DNA of 64,000 nucleotides from Squalus acanthias. Lineage: Eukaryota. The translations under genes were made by a program, and so were the position numbers. Every line of letters begins with the position of its first letter. Positions within the stretch are counted from its first letter, which is position 1. Under the pieces are notes generated by a model. The model was given only the letters and a program-made list of their open reading frames with translations, did not search any database and was not told the origin of the DNA. Positions 50,901-63,714 of this stretch are shown here, piece after piece. The DNA lies in assembly GCA_030390025.1 (NCBI GenBank), contig CM059433.1, forward strand, positions 25,608,001 through 25,672,000, given 5' to 3'.

Positions 50901-53825
50901 GCAAGAGTTGCAATGAATGAGCAGGGCGCTGAATAACTGCGGGAATAATGTAATCACCGCCTTTACCGACTCGGACTTAGTTATCATCTGCCACAGCCCA
51001 CAAACGGCAGCCAGGGATTCAAGGTTGAATACTGTGGCGCTTTCTCACTGACAGGTTCTGCTCATTGCAAATGGTAACTGCTTTTTCAGTGTGTCCAGCA
51101 GCTCTCCCATTCTACTCATGGCACATTCTGTGTCCTCAGCCAGTGATCTCCACATGTCACTGATGTACTTGTCCAAAGGGACAGGGTAGTTGAGGAGACA
51201 GGCACAACAGTTGCTGTGTTGTGTGAGCCAGAATGGCAATACTACGCAGAGCTGAAAGTTTCACCTGCTCATAAGGAATTGACTGCAATTGAAGCCTCAG
51301 CACTTCAATGATCTCCGAAGCCTGGTCCCCAAGTTCACTGCCTCGTCTATTAATGGTGGTTTGCATGAGAACAGCGGCTGCATTGGAATAGCTGGGGTGT
51401 TGGTCGGACAGTCCTTTGAAGACCATGAAGAGTAAGTTGTCCAGCTGGTCACAGGGCAATCATTTGGAAATGACCTCTGTGATTTGAGAGCATGATTGAA
51501 AGAGGACTGAAGTGTCAGGGTTAACTAACTGTTCTCTGACTCTTTTCAGTCCCTCTAACTGCTCCGTTTGCTGAACCAGATTGGTGCCTTCACACGACAA
51601 ATGAATGGCCAGGATTATGTACAGTGTCCAGGGACATCTGTCAAACGGGAAGCGATGGGTCTGCACAACGCGGCATCAGTCATCCAATCAGAGTCCCCGT
51701 GTTAATTTCAGGCGCTACATTACTAAGATTGAGCTTCCTCCAGTAAAGTTTCAGAAGCTCTAAGGTCGTTTCCATGGCTCTCTCTCGTTCATAGTCTTTT
51801 GTTGAAATGATCCGGGCTTCTACATGATTGAAAATGGCCTCATGTCCTTGAGGGGACAGGTCCTGAAATAATATTTGCTTCAGAAGATTTTGCAGCAAAT
51901 CTGTGATTTGGGTATAAAGTGTCGCCCATTCCTTTGTATTATCATTTGTGTCCAGGTCATTGTTCAGTTCTGGAGGTACCAAGCCGAAAGTACTGGTCAG
52001 GCAGCTTTGAATCAATTGGCAGGTGTCAGCTTGGTTTGTTTCAGTGTGTAGTTGCACGAGATGCGTGCAGGCGTTCATGGCTAACTGTCGAACAGGGCTC
52101 GGCCTCGATAAGATCCTGCATGTACGTAAGCAGCACCCTGTTTCTGATAAATTGATGGGAATTTTCCGGAGATTTAAATATAGGGATCTGGCTATCTGAG
52201 TCAAGGTCTGTATTAGGCTGAGCTTTAGTGTGAGATCCCTGGATTCAGCCTTTATCCCCTGCCTACTTGTAATTAAATGACTAACAGCTGGCAGAATGTG
52301 GCTCTCGATGTTGAACAGCAGTTCCTCAGGTGCACAGACTGCCATGTTCCCTTCACACAGAACCAGTGTGCTCTTGACTTTATCCGATTCCTCCTTGAGC
52401 CTAATTCTGTTGGAGTTAGCAAACTCCTCCAGGCTACTGAGCGTATGATCAAAATGTGCCTTGGCACAGAAACCAATGGCGAGGGCTGCTCCCTATCTCT
52501 CCGCACTCTCACTGTGCTGCACACTCAGTAGCATTTGGTGAAGCTCCTCCTTACGTTCTTAGTGTGGGTCTGGCAGAGCACTGACGCAAGAGATTTATAT
52601 AGAAAGCCCTTCTCTTGTGGGGAATGATGGTTAGTGTTGATCTGTTTTGATATTTCATTAGCAAGCTGACATGTCCATTCCTCGTCATCAATCGTATTTA
52701 AAGCTAGGCACAAGACCGCCAATAATTTGTTCTCCCATTTCAACTGGGACAGAGACTCCTCTGAATTTTCCAGTAAATGGTCAACTAATGGTGCAAGCTC
52801 CTCTTCCCACCACCTCACTGATTCTGGGTGGATATTGAGACTCAGGACTTTCAGCACACTCAGTGCTGCAGCTCCTCGGCCTCCTCCCTGATACAGGCAA
52901 CAAGTCACAATGAGGAACCGGGTTAGCAGTGCCTGGGCTTTAGGGAGATTGGCATCTTCATTGTAAGTAAGGGAAAAACCTTCACTACCGGCTCGCAGAT
53001 TCTTTTCCCCAATATGTGCTGAACAACTACAGATTATTGTTAAAGCCTTGGTGTACTGGGTCATAGTGACAAACTCCAGTAAGGATGGCCAAAGGACATC
53101 CTCCATCTTCACTGCAGTTGTGATCAAACACATCACTCTTTCACATAGTATGACTAATTCTTCATCTGCTACTGGGTGTGGCTGATATTGTTGGGTGGTA
53201 TCAGGGTCCCTGAACCAACTGGTACAGCACACTGTTGGATGAGGAATTACACCTTTGCCATTCCTCCCTCTGGCTCAAGGTAACCTTGCTGGGCCATGAC
53301 ACATATTACCTGGGCAATTAGCTTCTTCTCCTGATTGCTGCTCTTGTCTAGAAGTACTGGTTTTATTGCAGCCACAACCTGAGCCTTCTTCCTATCCAAG
53401 TGTGATGAAGTGATGAAGTGCTTTTGTACAGTGAGTGTTCCTACTCTCATTTGTTGGTCAGCGTTCTCTAACTGAGATAAGAAAAATTCCACCATTTTGT
53501 CTGCATAAGCTGGGGCCAGAACTCTGAAACAGCGAAGGATCTCAGTCTGGTTCTTCACAGCAAGATCATCAGTAGACTCCAGCGAAACACAAATCTGCTG
53601 GTGGAGCTTGTTAAGCAGGATGTCCATTTGTGTTTTTAGCCCGAGACATTTATCTCTGTCACAACATCCATCTCTTGCAGAAATGCAGTTTGTACCGCTT
53701 TGCTGTATTTTGTCCACCCCTGGGTTTCTGTGTTGTCATGGTGTTCATTGTGAGGCAGGGTTAAATAACTTCTCAGTTGTGATGAGGTCATGGGTCATGT
53801 GCCCATATAAGTCCTGCCAGATGTT
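47978..53825 (-). pseudogene. MROH1: Intronless MROH1-like pseudogene, unit 6 (longest open fragments)
   Basis: ORFs 53247-53717, 52525-53232, 51680-52345, 51460-51666, 51157-51459, 50769-50987 and 48685-49003. Confidence 0.9.
49003..50649 (+). mobile_element. CR1/L2-group LINE, type A, unit 6
   Basis: Same junctions and deletion as the other type A copies. Confidence 0.9.
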
Positions 53826-54757
53826 TGTGGCAGTTTAAGGTGGGTGGTGGGGTTTAAGGTCCAGACCTGAGATACAGACCATACGGACAAGGCAACATTC
53901 AAAACCCTTGGCAGCCATATTGGATTGAGCAGCTGTTTGTTCCTAATAAAGAACTCACAGCACCATAGACACTCAGAGTACTTGTGACAAAAGATGTAGA
54001 AATGGGAGTGTAGGGCAGACCTTTCCAGCAGAATTGCCCCAAATTGGGAGGTTCATGGTCAGGGACTGAAGCTGCTTAATGATGTCATCAGGAAGTTGCT
54101 GTGACATCAGAGCGGAACGTTATGACATCAGAGCGGTCCATTGTGACATTTGTTCCACTCGTCTCTCCTTTAAATCCTTGTTGTCTATTGCCTACCACCC
54201 CAGATTTCTCACCCACAAATCCTCCCTGTTTTCCTCCTTCAGCCTCTGCACTCAGTGACTCCTCATCCTCGGACATTTCAATCTCCATCTCAACTCCCCT
54301 TATCCTTTCTCCTCCGATTTTACTGCCCTCCTGTTGTCCCTTAAACACTCCTACCCATCACGTCCACCACTCTACTTTGCCATCTCTCCTGGCCTCACTA
54401 CTTGCATGGTCTCAATCACTGACAAGGCCATGTCTGACCATTGATTTTATCACCCGTAACCCCCCCATCACCTTCCAACCTTATTTTCATCTGCGTACAC
54501 ACCTGCAAAAAACCTCTTACAGGAAGATACGTACATTAGGAACAGAAAGAGGCCATTCAGCCCCTTGGGTGTGCTCCGCCATTCAATTAGATCATGGCTG
54601 ATCTGTACCTCAACTCCATTTACCCAACTTTACTCGATATGCCTTCATAACCTTACCTAAGAAAAATCTATCAATCTGATTTCACTGATCAATGATTCAT
54701 GTCACACCATTATGTAGCACCTATTCAGATAGAGGTCTGTACCTCTCGACTCGCTCA

Positions 54758-56333
54758 GCATCAACAACTACTAATATTAATATAGCGTCTTTAAAGTAGT
54801 AAAATGTCCCAAAGTGCTTCACAGGAGTTTTATAACACAATATTTGACACCGAGGCACATAGGGTGAAATTAAGGTGAAATTAGGGCAGATGACCAAAAG
54901 CTTGTTCAAAGAGGTAGGTTTTAAGGAGCGTCTTAATGGAAGAAAGAGATGTAGAGAGGTGGAGAGGTTTAGGCAGGGAATTCCAGAGCTTGGGGCCTTG
55001 GCAGCTGAAGGCATAGCCACCAGTGGTTGAGCTATTAAATTTAGGGATGCTCTAGAATCCAGATTTAGGGGAGTGCAGATATCTCGGGGTGGGTGGGGGC
55101 TGCGGGCGGCGGGGTGATTGTGGGGCTGGAGGAGATTACAGAGATAGGGAAGGGTGAGGCCATCGAGGGATTTGAAAACGAGGAGAATTTAAAAATCAAG
55201 GCGTTGATTAACCGGGAGCCAATGTAGTTCAGCGAGCACAGGGGTGATGGGTGAATGGAACTTGGTGCGAGTTAGGACACAGGCAGCTGAGTTTTGGCTG
55301 ATCTCAAGTTTACATAGGGTAGAACGTTGGAGGCTAGCCATGAGTGCATTGGAATAGTCAAGTCTAGAGGTAACAAAGGCATGGATGAGGATTTCAGCAA
55401 CAGATGAGCTGAGGCAGGGGCGGAGTTGGGTGATGTTACGGAGGTGGAAATAGGCGGTCTGAGTGAAAGCGTGGAAATGTGGCCGAAAGCTCATTTCTGT
55501 GTCAAATATGGCACCAAGGTTGCGAAGAGTCTGGATCAGCCTCAGACAGATGCTATGGAGAGGGATGGAGTCAATAGCTAAGGAACAGAGTTTGTGGTGG
55601 GATCTGAAGACAATGGCTTTGGTCTTCCCAATATTTAGTTGGAGGAAATTTCTGCTCATCCAGCACTGGATGCAGTCTGACAATTTAGAGACCGTGGAGG
55701 GATCGAGAGAAGTGGTGGTGAGGTAGAGCTGGGTGACGTCAGCTTACATGTGGAACCTGATGCTGTGTTTTCAGATGATATCGCCAAGGGGCAACATGTC
55801 GATGAGAAGTAGGAGGGGCCCCAGGATAGATCCCTGTGTGGCACCAGAGGTAACGATGCGGGAGCGGGAAGAGAAGCCGTTGCAGGTGATTCTCTGGCTA
55901 TGATTAGATAGATAAGAATGGAACCAGGCGCTTGCAGTCCCACCCAGCTGTACGACGGTGGAGAGGCATTGGAGGAGGATGGAGTGGTCAACCATGTCAA
56001 AGGCTGCAGACAAGTCAAGAAGGACGAGGAGGGATAGTTTACATTTGTCACAGTCACATAGGATGTCATTTCTGATTTTGATAAGAGCTGTTTCAATACT
56101 GTGGAAGGGGCGGAAACCTGATCCAAACATGGAGTTCCGATAAAGATGGGCACGGATTGGGGATGCGACAACACGTTCAAGGAATTTGGAGAGTAAAAGG
56201 AGGTTGAGATTGGATGGTACTAGGCAAAGACTGAGGGGACAAGGGTTGGTTTTTGAGGAAATGGATGATGACAGCAGATTTGAAAGAGAGAGAACCATTA
56301 ACAATATTAGCTAACATGGGAGCCAGAAGAGGG
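54758..56333 (-). mobile_element. 5'-truncated L2 LINE, unit 6
   Basis: ORFs 55771-56304 and 55189-55683 with L2 motifs (LIHAFVTSRLDYSN). Confidence 0.9.
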
Positions 56334-57646
56334 TGTGTGTGTGTGTGTGTGTTAGGGTGAGGGTATGTGTGTGTGTGTGTGTGTGACTGTGTATGTTTGT
56401 GTGTGTGAGGCTGAGGGTGTGTGAGGTTGTATGTGTGTGTTTGTATGTGTGAGGGCAAGGTTGTGAGTAGGTTTACCCACCCCCAGTCACACACCAGCGG
56501 TACCTGCACTGTTTGAAGATTGAGCGATAGTTGCAACAACAGGAAATCTATTTATTTACAAATCATAAATTTACAAATTTACAAGTCATGTTGAAAAATT
56601 GATCAGTTTGATGCTAAATAAAGGAGGTGGAGAACGATCGGGGCCTGTGTGTTTAGGCTTCATTCTGATGGCGACAGCAGCAGTTCCTTAGGCAGCTGTT
56701 CCCTCAGGGGAGTCTCTGGGCAGGTCACACACGTTCTGACTGTTGGAGAAGTAAAGTTGAAAAGGCCGCTGCATGTGCTCGGAGCTGCTCCTGGTGGTTG
56801 TGGAGAAGGACTCGCAATCCATGGAGTAGGAAGAGATCCTGTTGGATAAATCTTGAACCAATTATCGTGAAAGGTTCTTTAGGAGGTCCATGTAGTTCCT
56901 GTTGGGCTCCCCTAGATGGTTCTTGATTAATGAGGAAGCCTCGGCCGATCTAATGTGGGGGACAACCAGTTGCAGTGTTGAGCTACAAGACCTGGTGACC
57001 TCCTCACTCGTTCCGTCTAGGTGCAACAGCAAATGCTCAAGGTTGAATGGATCTGTCAGTAGAAGGAGGATCTGGATCCTCCGATTCCACATTTGGTCAA
57101 GTTCCCCAACATGCTGAATGGTTCAGCCCGCACTTGATCACACTCGCCGCAGAAGAGTGGTTGAATGCTGGCGAGGATTTTCTTTACAAAGGGTTGGATG
57201 GTACTTGCTCTCTATTTAATGATGTTCTTCGACAGGCACGACAGCACCTCAAATGTTAGCACTTCCTCTTGGTTCTCCTTGGTCCCCAACAGACTAAGCA
57301 TTGTGCTCATCACTTGAGGAGACCAGTAATGGGCTCCAATTGAAACATTGCCAAGGTCCCTGACACACAGCAACTGGGCAACTGGACAAGAATCACGCAA
57401 ACACCTTTGCAATGAGCTCATTAGAGTGTCTGTAAGCTGCAGCTGTGAAACCAGTGGAGATTTTAACAGCTCTCCAAAGAAGGAAGCCACGGTGACTGCC
57501 TGTCAGTCTTAGATGGGATGGATCTGAGCTGCCAGCTCTTCCACAATGCCAGGCAGGCTGATGCCAGCATATTGAACATTAGTGAACCAGATGGGTGACC
57601 ACCGCACAGTCATTGTGGAGACGAAGTCCCGTATTCACACTGAGGA

Positions 57647-59891
57647 TGAAGGGATAATTACAAGTCCTAGCCCTTTCGGACTACCCCAGATCAGACATGT
57701 TCCCCAGACATTCACCTTCAACTGAAGTTAGCGGTAGCCAAATCCTAGCAATGCTTAATTGGGTCTAAATGTTCAGACTATCTCTCCCTCAAGGAAAGGA
57801 ACGGCCTGAAGATGTTACCGTCCTCTGGATAGCACTTTTAAAAAGTTTAACTAGACTGTAACCTTCCGGACATTATGAAAACCCCCCAGAATTCTACCAC
57901 TCCTCTCTGAAGAGTGTACAGAAATTGAGTTTGCGAGGTTGATACAGAAATACTACTTGAGACAATTCTAAAAATATATAGATTTATTTAAGAGCCGACA
58001 TTCAGTTAACAGCTGATAAGTCAATCGCGACTTTAACCGTTCAAAATACAAATAGCTTACATTTCTTATCAGAGATCCTTATTCTCAAATCTTAACTTCG
58101 TTACATTTCCACCCTTCTACTTATTTCTTAATCCAGAATATCCACCAAAATCAAATAACTTGATTACCCGAGACTCAGAGTTGAAAACTTACAGAGCGTG
58201 CCTGTGAAGTTGAGAAACGCTTGCTCTTCCAGCGACTTCTGACTCTCTATCTGAAAAGCTCTATTTTTATACCTTTCTTTAGTGGTATTTTCTTTGAAGT
58301 TTCCTGCTGATGTAAGCTAATTATCTCTAGTGACTTTTTATAGAATTCTTTTCTATTCTTACTGTCATTTCAGCTGCCAACTTTTAGAATTATGTCTCTA
58401 CCTTTAGGTGTTTCAAAAACTTATCATTTTTATGGTTATTATCGATTTATCTATTTGATGCTATTCTTAGGAAGTCTTTCTATTGAATTCTTAATATCAC
58501 TTAACTGCTTGTAAGCCAGACATCGTGACTCCGTGGTGTTCCAAGTTCAATACAAACACAATGTAATTGCTTGGTGTCATCTGTTGATATTATGGCCCTG
58601 AAATTCGCCTCTCCGGCTTGCCGCGGGGGTAAGGATCGCACGCGCACTTACCTACCGCGCCTGCCGTTGACCTCTGGGCCCACGGGAACTTCAGCTCCTG
58701 GGCCTGCTCCAAGTGCCGGCGCGCAGTGCTTGCGTGTCCCAGGGGCGTAGTTAGAGCGATGCGTCTCCTGGGATCACGTGGGCCATGGAGAGCCAATGGC
58801 AGCAGACCATCTTTCATTCATAGATTTGACAGGAAGACCTGTCAAATCTATGAATTGAAATCGGCACCAAAACAACAGCTAAACTTCAAATAATTTTTTT
58901 TAAAAACCATCACATTTATAAAATAACTATAAGTTAAATAAATTAACTACTTTAAACAAAAATTTAAACTTTTGAAAAAATTAAAATACTTTTTAACAGT
59001 GCTAAAAATAAACTTACCTTTCTTAAAGTATCTAAAAAAGATAAACCTGTTGAAAAAAATGTTAAATTATCAGTTAATTAACCACTTACCTTGTTGAAAA
59101 CGGGTCCTGCGCCTCCTTTTTAAAAGCGCAGGTTCTTCAATGCTTACCCTCCCGGAGAAACCTGAAAGAAACCCTACGTTTGCTGCGTGCGCACAGCCTC
59201 TCCCGTGCACGCGGTTCACCTCTGAACCGCTCCCTTCACGAGACCGGAAGTTCCGGTTTCCCGCGCTTGCGCAGTGCATGCAGGAAACTGGCACTTCAGG
59301 AGCCTTGCGGGTGAGTACACAGTGCGTACTCACCCGGCAAGTGCCGAATTTTTGGCCCTATATTTTCAAAGCCTTCCTATTTGTACCTTTTACAACTTGT
59401 AAATTGAAAACACTTCTCTTAGGGTGCTTACTTGTTTTCTTGCTATCTTAATTGGTTGCATATTTAATCGTGTTTCCTGTTTCCAAGTTTAACATAAAAC
59501 TATTTAACGGCAGGTATTTCTTTTACTTGATGTCATTTTTTCAAAGGCACTTGTTTTTTTAAATGTTCTGTGCACCTGTTCGACGTGTTAGATATTGACA
59601 CTTTACTTGGGCATTGCTATTGTTTTGTTCCAAACTCTAGATATTCTGGAAGCGCCAATGGTTTGCTTCAATAGGGGCATTGGTTTTGTGTTTACAAACC
59701 AATTCCCATTTCAAAGCTTGTTTTGACAGCTTTGTGTTAACAAACCCTCTTATCTCAGAAGCCTGTATTGTGTTTGCAGCCTGTGTCGCCAAGGCTTTCC
59801 AGACTTTTAAACTCAGTATGTCATGTATTAATACCATCAAAATCTGTTTATAGGATGATGTATTTCTTGGAATATGGTTTATTCCATTACA
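57647..59891 (-). mobile_element. Solo LTR family 2, fuller copy (about 1477 bp plus nested MITE)
   Basis: TG...CA termini and TSD agga, at the same site as in U4. Minus-strand TATAAAAA at 58264-58271 and AATAAA at 57983-57988. Confidence 0.82.
58594..59358. mobile_element. 765-bp PIF/Harbinger-type MITE nested in the LTR; same family as 36340-37104, opposite orientation
   Basis: TIRs ggccctgaaattc...gaatttttggccc and TSD tat (empty site gatattatattttc at ~33345). Shares MKDG.LPLALHGPRDP pseudo-ORF sequence with the U4 copy. Confidence 0.85.
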
Positions 59892-60511
59892 AGGACACCC
59901 TCCATCGTGTTGCGTGGCACTACCACCGTGCTAAATGGGATAGATTCAGAACAGATCTAGCAGCTGAAAACTGGGCATCCGTGAGGTGCTGTGGGCCATC
60001 AGCAGCAGTAGAATTGTATTCCATCACAATCAGTAACCTCATGGCCCGGCATATCCCTCACTCTACTATTACCATCAAGCCAGGAGACCAACCCTGGTTC
60101 AATAAGGAGTACAGAAGAGCATGCCAGGAGCAGCACCAGGCGTACCGAAAAATGAGGTGCCAACCTGGGGAAGCTTCAACACAGGACTACATGCATGCTA
60201 AAAAGCGGAAGTAGCATGCTATAGACAGCGATCCCACAATCAACAGATCAGATCATTCCTGCCACATCCAGTCATGAATGGTGGTGGACCATTAAACAAC
60301 TAACGGGAGGAGAAGGCTCCAGGAATATCCCCATCCGCAATGATGGTGGAGCCCACCACGTGAGTGCAAAAGACAAGGCTGAAGCGTTTGCAACCATCTT
60401 CAGCCAGAAGTGCCGAATGGATGATTCATATCGGCCTACTCCTGAGACCCCCACCATCACAGAAGCCAGTCTTCAGCCAATTCGATTCACTCCATGTGAT
60501 ATCAAGAAATG

Positions 60512-60718
60512 AGAAGTCGCACAACACCAGGTTATAGTCCAACAGATTTATTTAATTTTACAAGCTTTCGAAGCAGTTCGCTCCTTCGTCAGGTACCTGA
60601 CGAAGGAGCGAACTGCTTCGAAAGCTTGTAAAATTAAATAAATCTGTTGGACTATAACCTGGTGTTGTGCGACTTCTCATTTTTGTCCACCCCAGTCCAA
60701 CGCCGGCATCTCCACATC
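60512..60718. mobile_element. Penelope-like element remnant with inverted pseudo-LTR (perfect palindrome) and 13-bp TSD
   Basis: TSD atatcaagaaatg (60499-60511 and 60719-60731). Absent from the same LINE position in U2-U6. Palindrome spans 60507-60682. Confidence 0.8.
60594..60630 (+). ncRNA. Minimal type-I hammerhead ribozyme-like motif (mirror copy on minus strand, 60559-60595)
   Basis: UAC-CUGACGA-A-GGAGC(GAACU)GCUUC-GAAA-GC-UU-GUA: core boxes CUGANGA and GAAA, a 5-bp helix II, palindromic AGCU in place of helix III, and a 3-bp helix I (UAC/GUA). Confidence 0.65.
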
Positions 60719-63714
60719 ATATCAAGAAATGGCTGAGCGCACTGGACACAGCAAAGTCTATGGGCCCCGACAACATTCCGGCTATCGTGCTGAAGACTTG
60801 TGCTCTAGAACTAGCCGCGCCTCTAGCCAAGCTGTTCCAGTATAGCTACAACACTAGCATCTATCCGACAATGTGGAAAACTGCCCAGGTATGTCCTGTC
60901 CACAAAAAGGAGGAAAAATCCAATCTAGCCAATTACCGTCCCATCAGTCTACTCTCAATCATCAGCAAAGTGATGGAAGGTGCCATCAACGGTGCTATCA
61001 AGTGGCAATTACTCACCAATAACCTGCTCACTGATGCCCAGTTTGGGTTTCGCCAAGACCATTCAGCTCCCAACCTCATTACAGTCTTGGTCCAAACATT
61101 GACAAAGGAGCTGAATTCCAGAGGTGAGGTGAGAGTGACTGCCCTTGACATCAAGGCAGCATTTGACCAAGTGTGGCATCAACGAGCCCTAGTAAAACTG
61201 AAGTCAATGGGAATCAGGGGGAAAACTCTACAGTGGCTGGAGTCTTACCTAGCACAAAGGAAGATGGTTGTGGTGGTTGAAGGTCAATCATCACAGCCCC
61301 AGGACATCGCTACAGGAGTTCCTCAAGGCAGTGTCCTAGCCCCAAACAACTTCAGCTGCTTCATCAAAGACCTTCCCTCCAACATAAGGTCAGAAATGGG
61401 GATGTTCGCTGATGACTGCACAGTGATCAGTGCCATTCACAACTCCTCAGATAATGAAGCAGTCCATGCCCGCATGCAACAATACCTGGATGATGTTCAG
61501 GCTTGGGCTGATAAGTGGCAGGTAACATTCGCGCCACAGAAGTGCCAGGCAATGACTATCTCCAACAAGCGAGAGTCTAACCTCCGCCCCTTGTCATTCA
61601 ATGGCATTACCAACACCGAATCCCCACCATCATCATCCTGGGGGTCACCATTGACCAGAATCTTAACTGGACCAACCACAAATACTGTGACAACAAGAGC
61701 AGGTCAGAGGCTAGGTATTCTGCGGCGAGTGTCTCACCTCCTGACTCCCCAAAGCCTTTCCACCATCTACAAGGCACAAGTAAGGAGTGTGATGGAATAC
61801 TCTCCATTTGCCTGGATGAGTGCAGCTCCAACAAGACTCAAGAAGCTCGACACCATCCAGGACAAAGCAGCCCGCTTGATTGGCACTCCATCAACCACCT
61901 TAAACATTCACTCCCTCCACCATCGGCGTACCGTGGCTGCAGTGTGTACCATCTACAAGATGGACTTCAGCAACTCGCCAAGGCTTCTTCAGCAGCACCT
62001 CCCAAACCTGCGACCTGTTCCACCTAGAAGGACAAAGGCAGCAGGCGCATGGAAACACCACCACCTCCAAGTTCCTCTCCAAGTCACACACCATCCTGAC
62101 TTGGAATTATATCGCTGATCCTTCCCAACAGCACTGTGGGAGTACCATCACCACACGGACTGCAGCGGTTCAAGAAGGCAGCTCACCACCACCTTCTCAA
62201 GGGCAAATAGGGATGGGCAATAAATGCTGGCCTTACCAGCGACACCCACATCCCATAAATGAATTTTAAAAAAATTGCACCATTGCTCTGGCCAGCATTT
62301 CAACCCCCTTGTCAAATATGCGGAGGTTCTTCATCTGGTCCCATCCTCCACTGTTCACCATGTAAGTAGCTATTTCTTTATTATTTGTCCAAGCTAGCGG
62401 GTCCTTCAGTGTCCTCACACGGTTCACACACACATCTCTGCATTTAGGTGTTTGAAGCTCAGCTGAGAATTTTCTCTGGTTCGATTTAACATCAGGAGTA
62501 AAACCATTGAGCAGAGAAACATTAACACAAGTGTTGCAGTGGATGAGCAGGGCGCTGAATAACTGCAGGAATAATGTAGTCACCGTCTTTACCGACTCGG
62601 GCTTAGTTATCATCTGCCGCAGCCCACAAACGGCAGCCAGGGATTCAAGGTTGAATACTGTGGCGCTTTCTCACTGACAGGTTCTGCTCATTGCAAATGG
62701 TAACTGCTTTTTCAGTGTGTCCAGTAACTCTCCCATTGTACTCATGGCACATTCTGTGTCCTCAGCCAGTGATCTCCACATGTCACTGATGTACTTGTCC
62801 AAAGGGACAGGGTAGTTGAGGAGACAGGCACAACAGTTGCTGTGTTGTGTGAGCCAGAATGGCGATACTACACAGAGCTGAAAGTTTCACCTGCTCAAAA
62901 GGAATTGACTGCAATTGAAGCTTCAGCACTTCAATGATCTCCGAGGCCTGGTCCCCAAGTTCACTGCCTCGTCTATTAATGGTGGTTTGCATGAGAACAG
63001 TGGCTGCATTGGAATAGCTGGGGTGTTGGTCGGACAGTCTTTTGAAGACCATGAAGAGTAAGTTGTCCAACTGGTGACGGGGCAATCATTTGGAAATGAC
63101 CTCTGTGATTTGAGAGCATGATTGAAAGAGGACTGAATTGTCAGGGTTAACTAACTGTTCTCTGACTCTTTTCAGTCCCTCTAACTGCTCCGTTTGCTGA
63201 ACCAGATTGGTGCCTTCACACGACAAATGAATGGCCAGGATTATGTACAAAGTGTCCAGGGACATCTGTCAAATGGGAAGCGATGGGTCTGCACAACGTG
63301 GCATCAGTCATCCAATCAGAGACCCCGTGTTAATTTCAGGCGCTACATTACTAAGATTGAGCTTCCTCCAGTGAAGTTTCAGAAGCTCTAAGGTCGTTTC
63401 CATGGTTCTCTCTCGTTCATAGTCTTTCGTTGAAATGATCCGGGCTTCTACATGATTGAAAATGGCCTCATGTCCTTGAGGGGACTGATCCTGAAGTAAT
63501 ATTTGCTTCAGAAGATTTTGCAGCAAATCTGTGGTTTGGGTATAAAGCGTCACCCACTCCTTTGTATTATCATTTGTGTCCAGGTCATTGTACAGTTCTG
63601 GAGGTACCAAGCCGAAAGTACTGGTCAGGCAGGTTTGAATCAATTGGCAGTTATCAGCTTGGTTTGATTCAGTGCGTAGTTACACGAGATGCGTGCAGGC
63701 GTTCATGGCTAACT

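Larger units (their letters stand above)
57575..62274 (+). mobile_element. CR1/L2-group LINE, type B, unit 7 (contains LTR, MITE and Penelope-like insertions)
   Basis: The 483-aa ORF 60667-62118 holds a largely open RT region (QFGFRQDHS, LDIKAAFD, GVPQGSVL, FADD). The endonuclease is missing. Confidence 0.92.

Noticed and set aside
60667..62118. 483-aa RT ORF as a functional gene or active LINE
   Set aside because: The start is created by the palindromic insertion. The element is 5'-truncated with upstream stops, and there is a local out-of-frame stretch near 61620-61680.
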